Source of the DNA: an uncultured Chloroflexia bacterium
GTDB taxonomy: Bacteria; Chloroflexota; Limnocylindria; QHBO01
DNA: 64,000 nt
Assembly: GCA_963814375.1 (NCBI GenBank)
Contig: CAWFCQ010000007.1
Location: forward strand, 192,001 to 256,000
Direction of reading: 5' to 3'
Shown piece after piece: positions 1 through 12,554 of this stretch (position 1 is the first letter of the stretch; each line of letters starts with the position of its first letter). The position numbers and the translations under genes are program-made. Below the pieces are notes generated by a model. The model did not search any database, was not told the DNA's origin, and worked only from the letters and a program-made list of their open reading frames with translations.

Positions 1-459
1 CTCACTCCAGACGCCATACGGCACCTGGCTGAGCCACAGGACCCAGCTCATCGCGTAACCCTCTGCCGGCTCCATCCCATGAGATGGTCCTCGCCTCGCC
101 TCGGCGGAGGCAACCGCCTCGATCCAGTCTTGCGCTTCCTCGAAAGCTCTCGGATCCGGGGGAACCGCAGCGTCCACATTCGGGTCGTCCAGCACAAGCG
201 CCATCGCGTCCAGCTGAAACTGGCGTTGGCTCTTGAACAGGTTCGTGATGGCCCCGCGGCTCTTGCCGTCAGCGCTGGCGGCGACCTCCTCAGCGTTCAG
301 CCGCGCGAAGGGGCCGACCGCGACGCGGCGCGCGTCGTCCTCCCGATCCAGGCGGCGCGCATCCAGTCGGATCTGGGTCAGGAGCGCCGTTTCGGCAAGC
401 TGCAGGTAGCGCTTCTTTGCCTCATCGCGCGAAAGGGACGACCTGTGACGTCGCTTCAT
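1..459 (-). CDS. Atypical TetR/AcrR-like transcriptional regulator (3' end runs off the window; absent from the ORF track)
   Basis: Manual translation from ATG 459 is open to base 1: MKRRHRSSLSRDEAKKRYLQLAE...FARLNAEEVAASADGKSRGAITNLFKSQRQF. This resembles the TetR HTH. It is divergent from an SMR exporter with a palindrome in between. Confidence 0.65.
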   Translation of the reverse strand, partial: MKRRHRSSLSRDEAKKRYLQLAETALLTQIRLDARRLDREDDARRVAVGPFARLNAEEVAASADGKSRGAITNLFKSQRQFQLDAMALVLDDPNVDAAVPPDPRAFEEAQDWIEAVASAEARRGPSHGMEPAEGYAMSWVLWLSQVPYGVWSE

Positions 460-467
460 TGGGCACC

Positions 468-515
468 TTGACATACGGACGGTACGTATGTAACGCTACG
501 TACCAACGGTATGCA
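468..515. promoter_or_regulatory. TTGACA -35 element overlapped by a TetR-type operator palindrome
   Basis: TTGACA at 468-473. ACATACG-N7-CGTATGT perfect inverted repeat at 471-491. Second imperfect site TACGTACC-AAC-GGTATGCA at 497-515. Confidence 0.65.
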
Positions 516-573
516 CGTTAGCGCATTTCGCCGAGAAGCAGAGACCAGGACGCGCGCCAGGAGGCCGATCGAC

Positions 574-948
574 ATGTTGTATTTCGGAATGGCGGTGATG
601 GCGGCGCTCGCGTTCACCGTCGGTGGCATCTTCATGAAACTTTCGAATGGCTTCACACAGCCGCTCCCCTCGCTGATCGTCCTGGGCCTGTTCGCGATTG
701 GTGCAGCGATCACGGCGCTCGCGATCCATGTTCGTGGCGAGCTTGGACCCGCGTACCTGATCGTCCTCGGCCTCGAGGCCGTGCTTGCCTTCCTCTTCGG
801 TGCCGCGCTGTTCGGCGAGCAAGCCAACCTGGGTCGAGTCGTCGGTCTCGCACTGTTGGTTAGCGGCATGATCCTGCTCGAAGGCTGTGCTTCATCGCCG
901 CAGGACTCGCGGCTGCCGGCTGGGGCAATCGGTTCGCGTACAGCCTGA
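574..948 (+). CDS. Small multidrug resistance (SMR/DMT) family transporter
   Basis: Four hydrophobic helices, MKLSNGFTQPLPS motif typical of SMR proteins, AGGAGG RBS before ATG 574. Confidence 0.8.
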   Translation: MLYFGMAVMAALAFTVGGIFMKLSNGFTQPLPSLIVLGLFAIGAAITALAIHVRGELGPAYLIVLGLEAVLAFLFGAALFGEQANLGRVVGLALLVSGMILLEGCASSPQDSRLPAGAIGSRTA

Positions 949-962
949 CCGGTATTGGCGGC

Positions 963-1413
963 TCAGTCCGCGTCCCAGCGCTCGTAGCGCGGCGGCCAGT
1001 CGTTGGCGCTGTCGCGCCGGCCGATCACTGCGCTCTCGATCCCGAAGGCGAAGAGCCGATACGACTCGTCGGGGCTGAACGACCACCCGGCAACGGCGGT
1101 GGCGCGGAAGGACTCGTCGGTCACCTCTCGGGCTCGGCCACGGACGAGGAACTCGTTGGGCACATCCGGATCGAGATGGGCGTGAAGCGCGTACCTGCCG
1201 TCGCTGACGAGGTCATCGAGCTTCGCCGACCGAAAGATGAAGGCGCACAGCACGTCACCCACGATCCCGACGCTGATCGGGTGAATCCGCGGTGCTTGCA
1301 CCGTCTCGGACAGTGGCGAGCATCGCCTTGCCGTGGCCGTCGCGCTGCAACAGCTCCCGTCCGGCCGATGCGATCCCGGGCGCGGCAGCCTCGAGCTCAG
1401 CCCAGCTCGCCAT
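963..1413 (-). CDS. Pyridoxamine 5'-phosphate oxidase-like (split barrel) protein, frameshift near 1295
   Basis: MASWAELEAAAPGIA...MLATVRDG joins PRIHPI...SAKLDDLVSDGRYALHA after removing one base. Confidence 0.75.
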
Positions 1414-2360
1414 GCGTTGCCTCCCGCGTGGGACCCGCCTGGTCCGCCTCCGCCGGCGCCTCCCGCGCATGGCGCCGGAGCGGGATCCGCCAGTTGACGA
1501 GCGCGATGCCGGCGATCACGAGGGCGGTGCCGAGGAGGAGGCGGGTATCGATCGGCTCGGAGAGGACGAGCGCCCCGAGCATGATTCCCCAGATCGGCAG
1601 CAGGTATGCGACGAGCGAGGTCCGAGTCGCGCCCCATCGGCCGAGCAGCCGGAAGAAGATCAGGTACGCAGCACCGGAGCCCAGGAGGCCAAGCCAGACC
1701 ACCGCCCCCAGCGCCTCCAGGGTAATACCCGTCTCCCACGGACGCTCGATCAGGAGCGCCGGGATCGACATCATCACCAGCGCGAAGGCGACCTGGAAGA
1801 GTGCCGGGATCATCGGGCGCAGGCCGCGGACGTTTCGCCTCGCATAGACACCGCCGATGGCGTACGACGCCGCCGCCGCGATAAGCGCCACCTCCGCAGC
1901 CAGCTCGCTGCCCGCCAGCGAGGCCGGGTCGAAGCCAACGACGATGGCGACGCCGAACCAGCCCGACGGCGATACCGAGCAAGCCGTTCAGCGTGATGCG
2001 CTCGCTCGGCAGGAACAGCGCCGCGAACGGGATGACGAAGAGCGGGACGGCCGCGGTGAGCACCGCCGCAAGGCTGGAGTCGACGCTCGTCTCGGCCCAG
2101 GTGATCAGGCCGAATGGCAGCGCAACGCTGAAGAACCCGAGCACCACGAGGTGGCCATACGTTCGGCGATCCCTCGGGAGCGCCTCGCGTGCGACCGCCA
2201 CGACGGTCGCGAGCAACGCCAGGCCGAAGAGGAGGCGGATCGAGACCAGCGTGAACGGTTGAAGGCCCGCTTCCAGGCCGATCTTGATGAAGAGGTAGCT
2301 GCTGCCCCAGAAGAAGCCGAGCAGGACGAAGAGGAACCAGTCGAGGCGGGCGGAGCTCAT
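1397..2360 (-). CDS. EamA/DMT family transporter, frameshift near 1957
   Basis: LGFFWGSSYLFIKIG N-terminus and GSGAAYLIFFRLL...LVAYLLP C-terminus lie in different frames. Confidence 0.85.
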
Positions 2361-2611
2361 GGGGCCACCGGTGCTTTGTATTTCAAAGGATACGGCCAGC
2401 GGGCGCGCGGCGCGCCGTGTGTAAATCTGGAACGCGGTGGAAGGTCTCGCCGTGAGATCGACCGGATCGCGATGGTCCGCATCGGTGCGGTGCGGTCTCG
2501 GGCTGACGTAGGTAAGCCCGCGCATAGCCGGAACGGTCACTCGCCGAGCAAGCCCGCGGCTCGTACCGTCATCGGCGTTGGAGCCAGCCGTCTGACACGC
2601 GAAAGGGACCG

Positions 2612-2983
2612 ATGCAGGAGGTTCAACCGCACGAGTGGCGCAGGTACGGGTTCGGCGGTCCGCCGGAGCCGTGGGAGCATGGCGCCCAGCGCGACCTGGA
2701 TCGGCTGGCGACGTCGTACTACGTCGACATCCTCGAGACGCGGCGGATGATCAGCGCGATGCAGCCGGACGAGGGCGTGCGGGCGCGCGTCGAGGACCTG
2801 TTCGCCACCGCCACCCGTCACAAGCACGAGATCGACTACACCCTTCGCCACTGGGCCACGCCCGTGGAGCGTGTCCGCGTCGAGGACCGGCTCGGGTCGC
2901 TCATGCGCGCCGGCATGCGACTGCGCGAGATCCGAGAGGCGCCCATGGCTGGTCCGGCACCGGAGCCGCTCCCCGCAGCCTGA
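2612..2983 (+). CDS. Hypothetical protein (123 aa)
   Basis: GC3-biased ORF, AAAGGGA RBS, natural amino acid composition, no recognised family. Confidence 0.7.
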   Translation: MQEVQPHEWRRYGFGGPPEPWEHGAQRDLDRLATSYYVDILETRRMISAMQPDEGVRARVEDLFATATRHKHEIDYTLRHWATPVERVRVEDRLGSLMRAGMRLREIREAPMAGPAPEPLPAA

Positions 2984-3019
2984 GACTCGGGTCGCCAGGT
3001 CGCGTGCGACACTCTGGCC

Positions 3020-3994
3020 ATGCCCCGCTTCCCGACGCTCGCCGATGTCAACGCAGCGCGTCATCGGCTCGAGGGGATCGCGCAGCACACGCCGCTCGAG
3101 CCGAGCCCTGAGCTGACCGAGGCGACCGGCGCGGCCGAGGTGCGCCTCAAGCGCGAGGAGGTGCAGCCGACCGGCGCTTTCAAGACGAGGGGCGCGCACA
3201 ACAAGGTCGCGGTGGTGGCCGAGGAGCGCCCGGAGGCGGCACTGGTGACGGCGAGCAGCGGCAACCACGGGATCGCGGTGGCGACTGCGGCCATCCGCCA
3301 CGGCATGCGACTCACCGTGCTGGTCGGGCACAGCATCTCGCCGGCCAAGCTCGAGCGGCTGCGTGCGCTCGAGACGAGCCGCGTCACCGTGGAGCTGTCG
3401 GGGGACGACACCGATGCGGCCGAAGCCGAGGCTCGACGTCGCGACGACGCCGGCCAGGCGATCTACATCCCGCCCTACAACGATCCCGAGGTCGTCGCCG
3501 GCCAGGCGACGGTGGGGGTCGAGATCCTCGCGGACTGGCCGGAGGTCGACACGATCGTGGTGCCCATCGGCGGTGGTGGGCTGATCTCTGGCATCGGCCT
3601 GTGGGCGAAGGCCGTCAAGCCGGGGCTGCGCCTCATCGGCGTCCAGCCCTCCGCCAGCCCGCCGATGTACGGCTACTTCGCGACCGGCTCGACCGACCCG
3701 ATGCCGATCGCGCCGACGCTGGCCGATGGTGTCGCGGGCAACATCGAGCGCGACAGCATCACCTGGAAGATGTGCCGCCAGCTGGTGGACGAGGTCGCCG
3801 TGGTGGAGGAGGAAGCGATCGCCACGGCGATGCGCTGGGCGGTCGAGGTTCCGCACCTCCTGCTCGAGGGCAGCGCGGTGCTCGGAATCGCCGCCCTCCA
3901 GGCCGGGCAGTTAGCGGCGGCCGGACGTCGCATCGCGGTCGTCACCACGGGACGGAACGTGACGGCCGAGCTGCTTCGCGGCGTCCTGGCATGA
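3020..3994 (+). CDS. Threonine/serine dehydratase (PLP fold type II)
   Basis: KREEVQPTGAFKTRGA, ASSGNHG and PIGGGGLISG motifs; no ACT domain. Confidence 0.9.
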   Translation: MPRFPTLADVNAARHRLEGIAQHTPLEPSPELTEATGAAEVRLKREEVQPTGAFKTRGAHNKVAVVAEERPEAALVTASSGNHGIAVATAAIRHGMRLTVLVGHSISPAKLERLRALETSRVTVELSGDDTDAAEAEARRRDDAGQAIYIPPYNDPEVVAGQATVGVEILADWPEVDTIVVPIGGGGLISGIGLWAKAVKPGLRLIGVQPSASPPMYGYFATGSTDPMPIAPTLADGVAGNIERDSITWKMCRQLVDEVAVVEEEAIATAMRWAVEVPHLLLEGSAVLGIAALQAGQLAAAGRRIAVVTTGRNVTAELLRGVLA

Positions 3995-4404
3995 CGTCCG
4001 AGGAGGCTCGCCGGCGGTTCGTGGAGGCACGCGTCGCCCGCCTCGCCACCGTTGCCGCCGACGGCTCGCCGCACATCGTGCCGGTGACCTTCGCGCTCGA
4101 GGGCGATCGAATCCTCACCGCGGTCGACGCCAAGCCCAAGCGGGGCGGGCGCCTCCAGCGCATCGCGAACGTCGGCGTCAATCCGGCAGTCTCGCTGCTC
4201 GTGGACGAGTACGACGCCGACTGGACCCGCCTGTGGTGGGCTCGGGCCGACGGGACGGCCTCCGTGATCACGGCCGGTGCGTCCCTCGACCACGCGCTGC
4301 TGCTCCTCGTCGCACGCTATCCGCAGTACGCCTCGACCGACCTCACCGGGCCGGCGATCGCGATCCGCGTCGACCGATGGAGCGGATGGAGCGCCGCCGG
4401 CTGA
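3991..4404 (+). CDS. PPOX-class F420-dependent oxidoreductase (Rv0121-like)
   Basis: RVARLAT...PHIVPVTFA...TAVDAKPK...NPAVSLLVDEYDADWTRLWWARADG. Confidence 0.85.
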   Translation: MTSEEARRRFVEARVARLATVAADGSPHIVPVTFALEGDRILTAVDAKPKRGGRLQRIANVGVNPAVSLLVDEYDADWTRLWWARADGTASVITAGASLDHALLLLVARYPQYASTDLTGPAIAIRVDRWSGWSAAG

Positions 4405-4413
4405 CGCGCGGGC

Positions 4414-5341
4414 TCATTCCGAGGAGCCGATCCAGCCGAGCTCGTCATCGGCGCGCACTTCCAGCGGCTCGAGGCTGGTGAGGGCGCCCACCGCCAGGGC
4501 AAGCGCATCCCGGGCTTCCTGGATGGAGACTGATGCGAACGTCAGCGAGTCGCCGGTTCGCAGCTGGGCCACGCGACCGATGTCGGCCCGAATGACGCAC
4601 GCGGGCACGAGGTAGCCGCCCGTGACGGGGCGATCGGCGAGCATGACGATCGGGCGCCCATCGGGCGGCACCTGGATCGCCCCGAGCGGAAGCCCCATCG
4701 AGGGCACCTCGCCTCCCGCGACGGATCGGTCCGTCGAGGCGGACGCCGGCGCGATCGGCCTCGACGCCGACGGTCCACGTCGCCCTGATCAGGGCGTCGA
4801 CGCTTCCGGGATGTGGACCATCGACGATCCGGATCGGTCCGTCGGAGGCGGTCAAGCGCGCGCTGAACGCCCGCCCGTCGGCGGTTCGCGTTGGAAGGCG
4901 ATCACCGGCCCGCAGTGCCCGGCCTTCGAGGCCGCCGAACCCGGTCCGCAGATCGGTCGACGGCGAGCCGAGGACCGGATCGGCCACGAAGCCGCCGGCG
5001 ACTGCCAGGTAGCCGCGCGCCCCGTCGCCCGGGTCGAATCGGATCGTTTCGCCGGCGCGCAGACTGCGCGCCTCGCCCGGCGCGAGGGCGATCCCGTCCA
5101 CGTAGACGCTCAAGCCGCCCGCCGCGGCCACCACCATGGGCTTGTCCGTGCGGAACGCCGCACCGCCGAGCGTGACCTCGACCAACGCCGCATCGTCGGG
5201 GTTGCCGACGAGCCGGTTCGCCAGCAGCGCGCTCCAAGGGTCGGCCGCTCCGCCGACCGGCACGCCGAGGTGCCGCCAGCCCTCACGCCCGACGGCGTCC
5301 TGCAGCGACGAGAGCGGTCCCGGATCCAACACCTCGATCAC
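4414..5341 (-). CDS. pxpC: 5-oxoprolinase subunit C, frameshift near 4715
   Basis: LQDAVGR...GVPVGGAAD...ANRLVGN, then GAIQVPPDGRPIVMLADRPVTGGY in the adjacent frame; operon with pxpA and pxpB. Confidence 0.88.
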
Positions 5342-5961
5342 GACAGGATCGGCTCGAAGCGGACCACGTCACCCGGCATGAGGTGGGCGGGCGGATCGGC
5401 GAGCGGGTCGAACAGCCGGATGCTCGTCCGCCCGATGATCGGCCACCCGCCGGGAAGGTCCGCTGGGTAGACCCCGGTCATCGGCCCCGCGACCGCGACC
5501 GAGCCCGTCGGGGTGTGCGTTCGCGGCCTGGCCAGACGGGGGACATGCAGCTCGGCTGGCAGGTCGCCGAGATAGGCGAATCCCGGCGCGAAGCCACAGA
5601 ACAGAACGCGCAGCTCGGTGGCGGCGTGGCGCTCGATCACCTCGCCGGCAGAGAGTCCGCACTGCTCGGCCACCGACTCCAGGTCGGGTCCATGCGCACC
5701 GCCGTAGACGACCGGGATCGTCCGTCGCCGTCCTTCCGGGAGCTCCCCGGAGACGGCCGCCAGGCGCGACTCGATGACCGCCCCGATCGCGTCGGCGGCC
5801 GCGTCCTGCAGCTCCAGCTCGACGAGCAGCGAGGCCAGCCCGGGGACGACGGCGCCGATACCCGCGATCGGCGCGGCACGCAACGAAGCGGCAAGCGCCT
5901 GCGCCCGGCCCGGACCGTCTGTCTCGACCAGCAGCGCAGACTCGCCGAAGTCGTGGATCAC
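5338..5961 (-). CDS. pxpB: 5-oxoprolinase subunit B
   Basis: IPVVYGG..GPDL, GFAPGFAYLG, PGGWPIIGRT motifs. Confidence 0.92.
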   Translation of the reverse strand: MIHDFGESALLVETDGPGRAQALAASLRAAPIAGIGAVVPGLASLLVELELQDAAADAIGAVIESRLAAVSGELPEGRRRTIPVVYGGAHGPDLESVAEQCGLSAGEVIERHAATELRVLFCGFAPGFAYLGDLPAELHVPRLARPRTHTPTGSVAVAGPMTGVYPADLPGGWPIIGRTSIRLFDPLADPPAHLMPGDVVRFEPILS

Positions 5962-6707
5962 GGCGGGCCGATGGTGACGCCCGACGCCTCCAGCGCGGCA
6001 CGAACGGCGGCGGCGATGGCCACTGCGCCCGGCGTGTCCCCGTGGCAGCAGATGCTCTCTGCTCGGAGAGTGACCTCCGATCCGTCGACGGCGGTCACCG
6101 TGCCCTCCGATGCGATGCGCGCCGCCTGCTGCGCGGCGGCGTCCGCATCGGTGATGAGCGATCCGGGTTCCGACCGAGACTGGAGCGACCCGTCGGGCAT
6201 GTAGCGGCGATCGGCGAAGGCCTCGGGCACGAAGCGCAGGCCGGCGTCGGCGGCCGCGGAAGCCATCGGCTCCGAGGACGCCAGGCCGAAGAGCGCGAGG
6301 TCACGGCTGAAGCCGGCGGTGGCGCGAGCGATCGCGGCTGCCAGCTCCGGGTCCGCCGCTGCCTGGTTGTAGAGCGCGCCGTGCGGCTTGACGTGGCGCA
6401 GCTCGACACCGGCGGCGCGGCAGAAGGCCTCCAGCGCGCCGACCTGGTACCGGACCATCGACTCCACCTCGTCAGGCGCGAAGTGCATCGGCCGTCGACC
6501 GAAGCCGAGCAGATCGGGATAGCCCGGCTGCGCTCCCACGGCAACTCCCACGCTCGCACAGAGGCGCACGGTCGCCTCCATGACCCGGAAGTCGCCGGCA
6601 TGGAAGCCGCAGGCAACGTTCGCGCTGCTGATGTGGGCCACCAGTCCCCCATCGTCGCCGAGGGTCCAGCTGCCGAAGCTCTCGCCGAGATCAGCGTTGA
6701 GGTCCAT
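5958..6707 (-). CDS. pxpA: 5-oxoprolinase subunit A (LamB/YcsF)
   Basis: DLNADLGESFG, ANVACGFHAGD, HVKPHGALYN, EAFADRRY. Leaderless start at 6707 (TACGAT plus 7 nt). Confidence 0.93.
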   Translation of the reverse strand: MDLNADLGESFGSWTLGDDGGLVAHISSANVACGFHAGDFRVMEATVRLCASVGVAVGAQPGYPDLLGFGRRPMHFAPDEVESMVRYQVGALEAFCRAAGVELRHVKPHGALYNQAAADPELAAAIARATAGFSRDLALFGLASSEPMASAAADAGLRFVPEAFADRRYMPDGSLQSRSEPGSLITDADAAAQQAARIASEGTVTAVDGSEVTLRAESICCHGDTPGAVAIAAAVRAALEASGVTIGPP

Positions 6708-6755
6708 CGGCGCCATCGTACGGCCGGCGATTGCCGGGGGGCGTAGGATCGAGCC

Positions 6756-7328
6756 ATGTCGGAGCCCACCTCGACCGAGCAGCCGAACGAGCCGGCCGGG
6801 ACGTCAGCGCTGGGGCTTGGCGCGGCGCTCGTCGTCGTGGGGCTGCTGCTCTTCGCCGGACAGGTCGCCGGCTTCGGGGTCGACGACCTCGGTTGGCCGC
6901 TGATCGTCATCGGCGTCGGGATCGTGATCCTGGTGCTGGGATTGTTCGTGACCAACGAGCAGGGCATGGTCATCGGCGGAACGATCGCGACCACGGTTGG
7001 CCTTGTGCTCCTCTACCAGAACGAGACGGGGCGATGGGAGAGCTGGGCGTATGCATGGGCTCTCGTCGGACCTGCCGCCAGCGGGCTCGGACTGGCGCTG
7101 TGGGGGGTGCGCACCGGCAATGGCGGCGACGTCCGCAACGGCACCTGGGGCCTGCTCGGCGGCCTCGGCATCTTCATCGTCGGCTTCCTCTTCTTCGAGG
7201 GGGTGATCGGCATCAGTGGTGAGCCCTTCCCGCTGCCGGAATGGCTGCTGCCGGCGGTGGTGATCGCGATCGGCGTGGTGCTGCTGGCTCGCGGGCTGCT
7301 CGAGCGCAGGGAACCCGAAGCAGGCTGA
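6756..7328 (+). CDS. Multi-pass membrane protein (LiaF/DUF5668-like 'WPLIVI' repeats)
   Basis: About 6 TM helices with LGWPLIVIGVG and WLLPAVVIAIG repeats. Confidence 0.7.
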   Translation: MSEPTSTEQPNEPAGTSALGLGAALVVVGLLLFAGQVAGFGVDDLGWPLIVIGVGIVILVLGLFVTNEQGMVIGGTIATTVGLVLLYQNETGRWESWAYAWALVGPAASGLGLALWGVRTGNGGDVRNGTWGLLGGLGIFIVGFLFFEGVIGISGEPFPLPEWLLPAVVIAIGVVLLARGLLERREPEAG

Positions 7329-7388
7329 CGTCGCGGTAGCGACCAGATGTGGGCGAGGGTGTGGCACGCACCGTATCCTTGAGCGGAC

Positions 7389-11021
<3,633 letters not shown>

Positions 11022-11044
11022 TGGCGGCTTCCTATACTCGCGGC

Positions 11045-12079
11045 GTGACCACCCCTCTTCTCGAGCGATATGGCGTGCTGCTGGCCGGGGACGGCGAAAC
11101 CTTCCCGATCACGCTCGGGGAGGGCGACACGCCTCTCGTCCACGCGCGGAGGCTTGGCGCGGAGCTCGGGCTCGCCAATCTGCACCTCAAGTTCGAGGGC
11201 ACCAACCCGACTGGCTCGTTCAAGGACCGCGGCATGGTGCTGGCGGTGAACCGGGCGGTGGCCAGCGGAGCGCGGGCCATCGTGTGCGCCTCCACCGGCA
11301 ACACCTCAGCCTCGGCGGCGGCGTATGCGGCCGCGGCCGGCCTCCCCTGCCACGTCATCCTGCCCGCCGGCAAGGTCGCGCGCGGAAAGCTGGCGCAGGC
11401 GCTCGCCGCGGGCGCGCGACTGACGATGGTCGACGGCAACTTCGACGCGGCGCTGACCGCGGTGCGGCGGCTGGGAGAGGAGGGCGTTGCGGTCGTCGTC
11501 AACTCGATCAACCCGGATCGGCTCGAGGGGCAGCAGACCGCCGCGTGGGAGGTCGTCGACGGCCTCGGGCGCGCTCCGGACGCCCTGGCGCTCCCGGTCG
11601 GCAACGCCGGCAACATCACGGCCTACTGGCGCGGTTTCAACCGATATGACCGGGGGCGGCCCCGCATGCTCGGCTTCCAGGCGGAGGGCGCAGCCCCCAT
11701 CGTGCGCGGTGCCCCGGTCGAGTCGCCGGAGACGGTGGCAACGGCGATTCGCATCGGCAACCCGGCCTCCTGGGAGGGCGCGACCGCCGCGCGGGACGAG
11801 TCCGGCGGCCTGATCGAGGCGATCGGCGACGACGACATCCTGGAGGCGCAGCGGCTCGTGGCCCAGCTGGAGGGCATCTTCTGCGAGCCGGCGTCGGCCG
11901 CCGGAGTGGCCGGCGTGCGCCGCCTCTCCGCCGAGAAGCGAATCGGCCGGGACGAGGTCGTCGTCTGCGTGCTGACCGGCCATGGTCTGAAGGACACCGA
12001 TGCCGTCCAGGCGATGGAGGGCACGCTCACACCGATCCCGGCCGAGCTCGATGCGATTCGCGAGGCGATGGCGCTCTAG
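11045..12079 (+). CDS. thrC: Threonine synthase
   Basis: TLGEGDTPL, NPTGSFKDRGM, CASTGNTSAS, PVGNAGN. GTG 11045 is preceded by TATACT plus 6 nt; alternative ATG at 11021. Confidence 0.93.
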   Translation: MTTPLLERYGVLLAGDGETFPITLGEGDTPLVHARRLGAELGLANLHLKFEGTNPTGSFKDRGMVLAVNRAVASGARAIVCASTGNTSASAAAYAAAAGLPCHVILPAGKVARGKLAQALAAGARLTMVDGNFDAALTAVRRLGEEGVAVVVNSINPDRLEGQQTAAWEVVDGLGRAPDALALPVGNAGNITAYWRGFNRYDRGRPRMLGFQAEGAAPIVRGAPVESPETVATAIRIGNPASWEGATAARDESGGLIEAIGDDDILEAQRLVAQLEGIFCEPASAAGVAGVRRLSAEKRIGRDEVVVCVLTGHGLKDTDAVQAMEGTLTPIPAELDAIREAMAL

Positions 12080-12082
12080 CGG

Positions 12083-12481
12083 TCAGCGCTCGCAGCAGGC
12101 GTCGATGATGGCGCTTGCGAACTCTTCCGGCGCAGCGCTCTTGCTGACGTAGGTCCTCGACACGCCATCGATCAGCGAGTGACCCTCGGCGTCGCTCCAG
12201 CCGGTGAGAATGATGCGCAGCGACGGCCTCGCGCGGCTTAGCCCGGTGACGAGGGCCAGTCCCGCCTCGATGTCGGGCAAGCGTGGGTCGACGAGGACGA
12301 CGTCGGGGCTGACGCGGTCGACCTCCTCCAACGCGGCACGCACGTCGCCGGCGCGACCGACGACGTCCACCTCACCGGCCACGCCGAGGAGGTCCGCGAG
12401 GCTCTGCTGAACGCGGCGATCGGCATCGACGATCACCACCCTCGGGGGTGAGGGCACAACGTGACGCGCGGTTGCCGGCAT
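12083..12481 (-). CDS. Stand-alone response regulator receiver (NarL-type REC) protein
   Basis: RVVIVDAD...PDVVLVDPRLP...IILTG..YVSKS; no output domain. Confidence 0.8.
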   Translation of the reverse strand: MPATARHVVPSPPRVVIVDADRRVQQSLADLLGVAGEVDVVGRAGDVRAALEEVDRVSPDVVLVDPRLPDIEAGLALVTGLSRARPSLRIILTGWSDAEGHSLIDGVSRTYVSKSAAPEEFASAIIDACCER

Positions 12482-12539
12482 GCGAAGAGGATATGACGCG
12501 CGCCGGCCCGGTCGCGACGGCGCGATGGCGCAGCGGCGG

Positions 12540-12554
12540 CTACGTCATTCGGCC
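12540..12554. promoter_or_regulatory. Conserved 15-bp box, copy A (CTACGTCATTCGGCC)
   Basis: Identical to 17721-17735. Lies upstream of the REC gene and overlaps the kinase stop codon. Confidence 0.6.

Noticed and set aside
963-2540. Apparent 525-aa EamA-PPOX fusion ORF
   Set aside because: A chimera of two frameshifted genes joined by an out-of-frame Arg/Pro-rich stretch.
4585-4601. GGCCCGAATGACGCACG resembling the regulon box
   Set aside because: Inside pxpC coding sequence with a mismatched core; likely chance.
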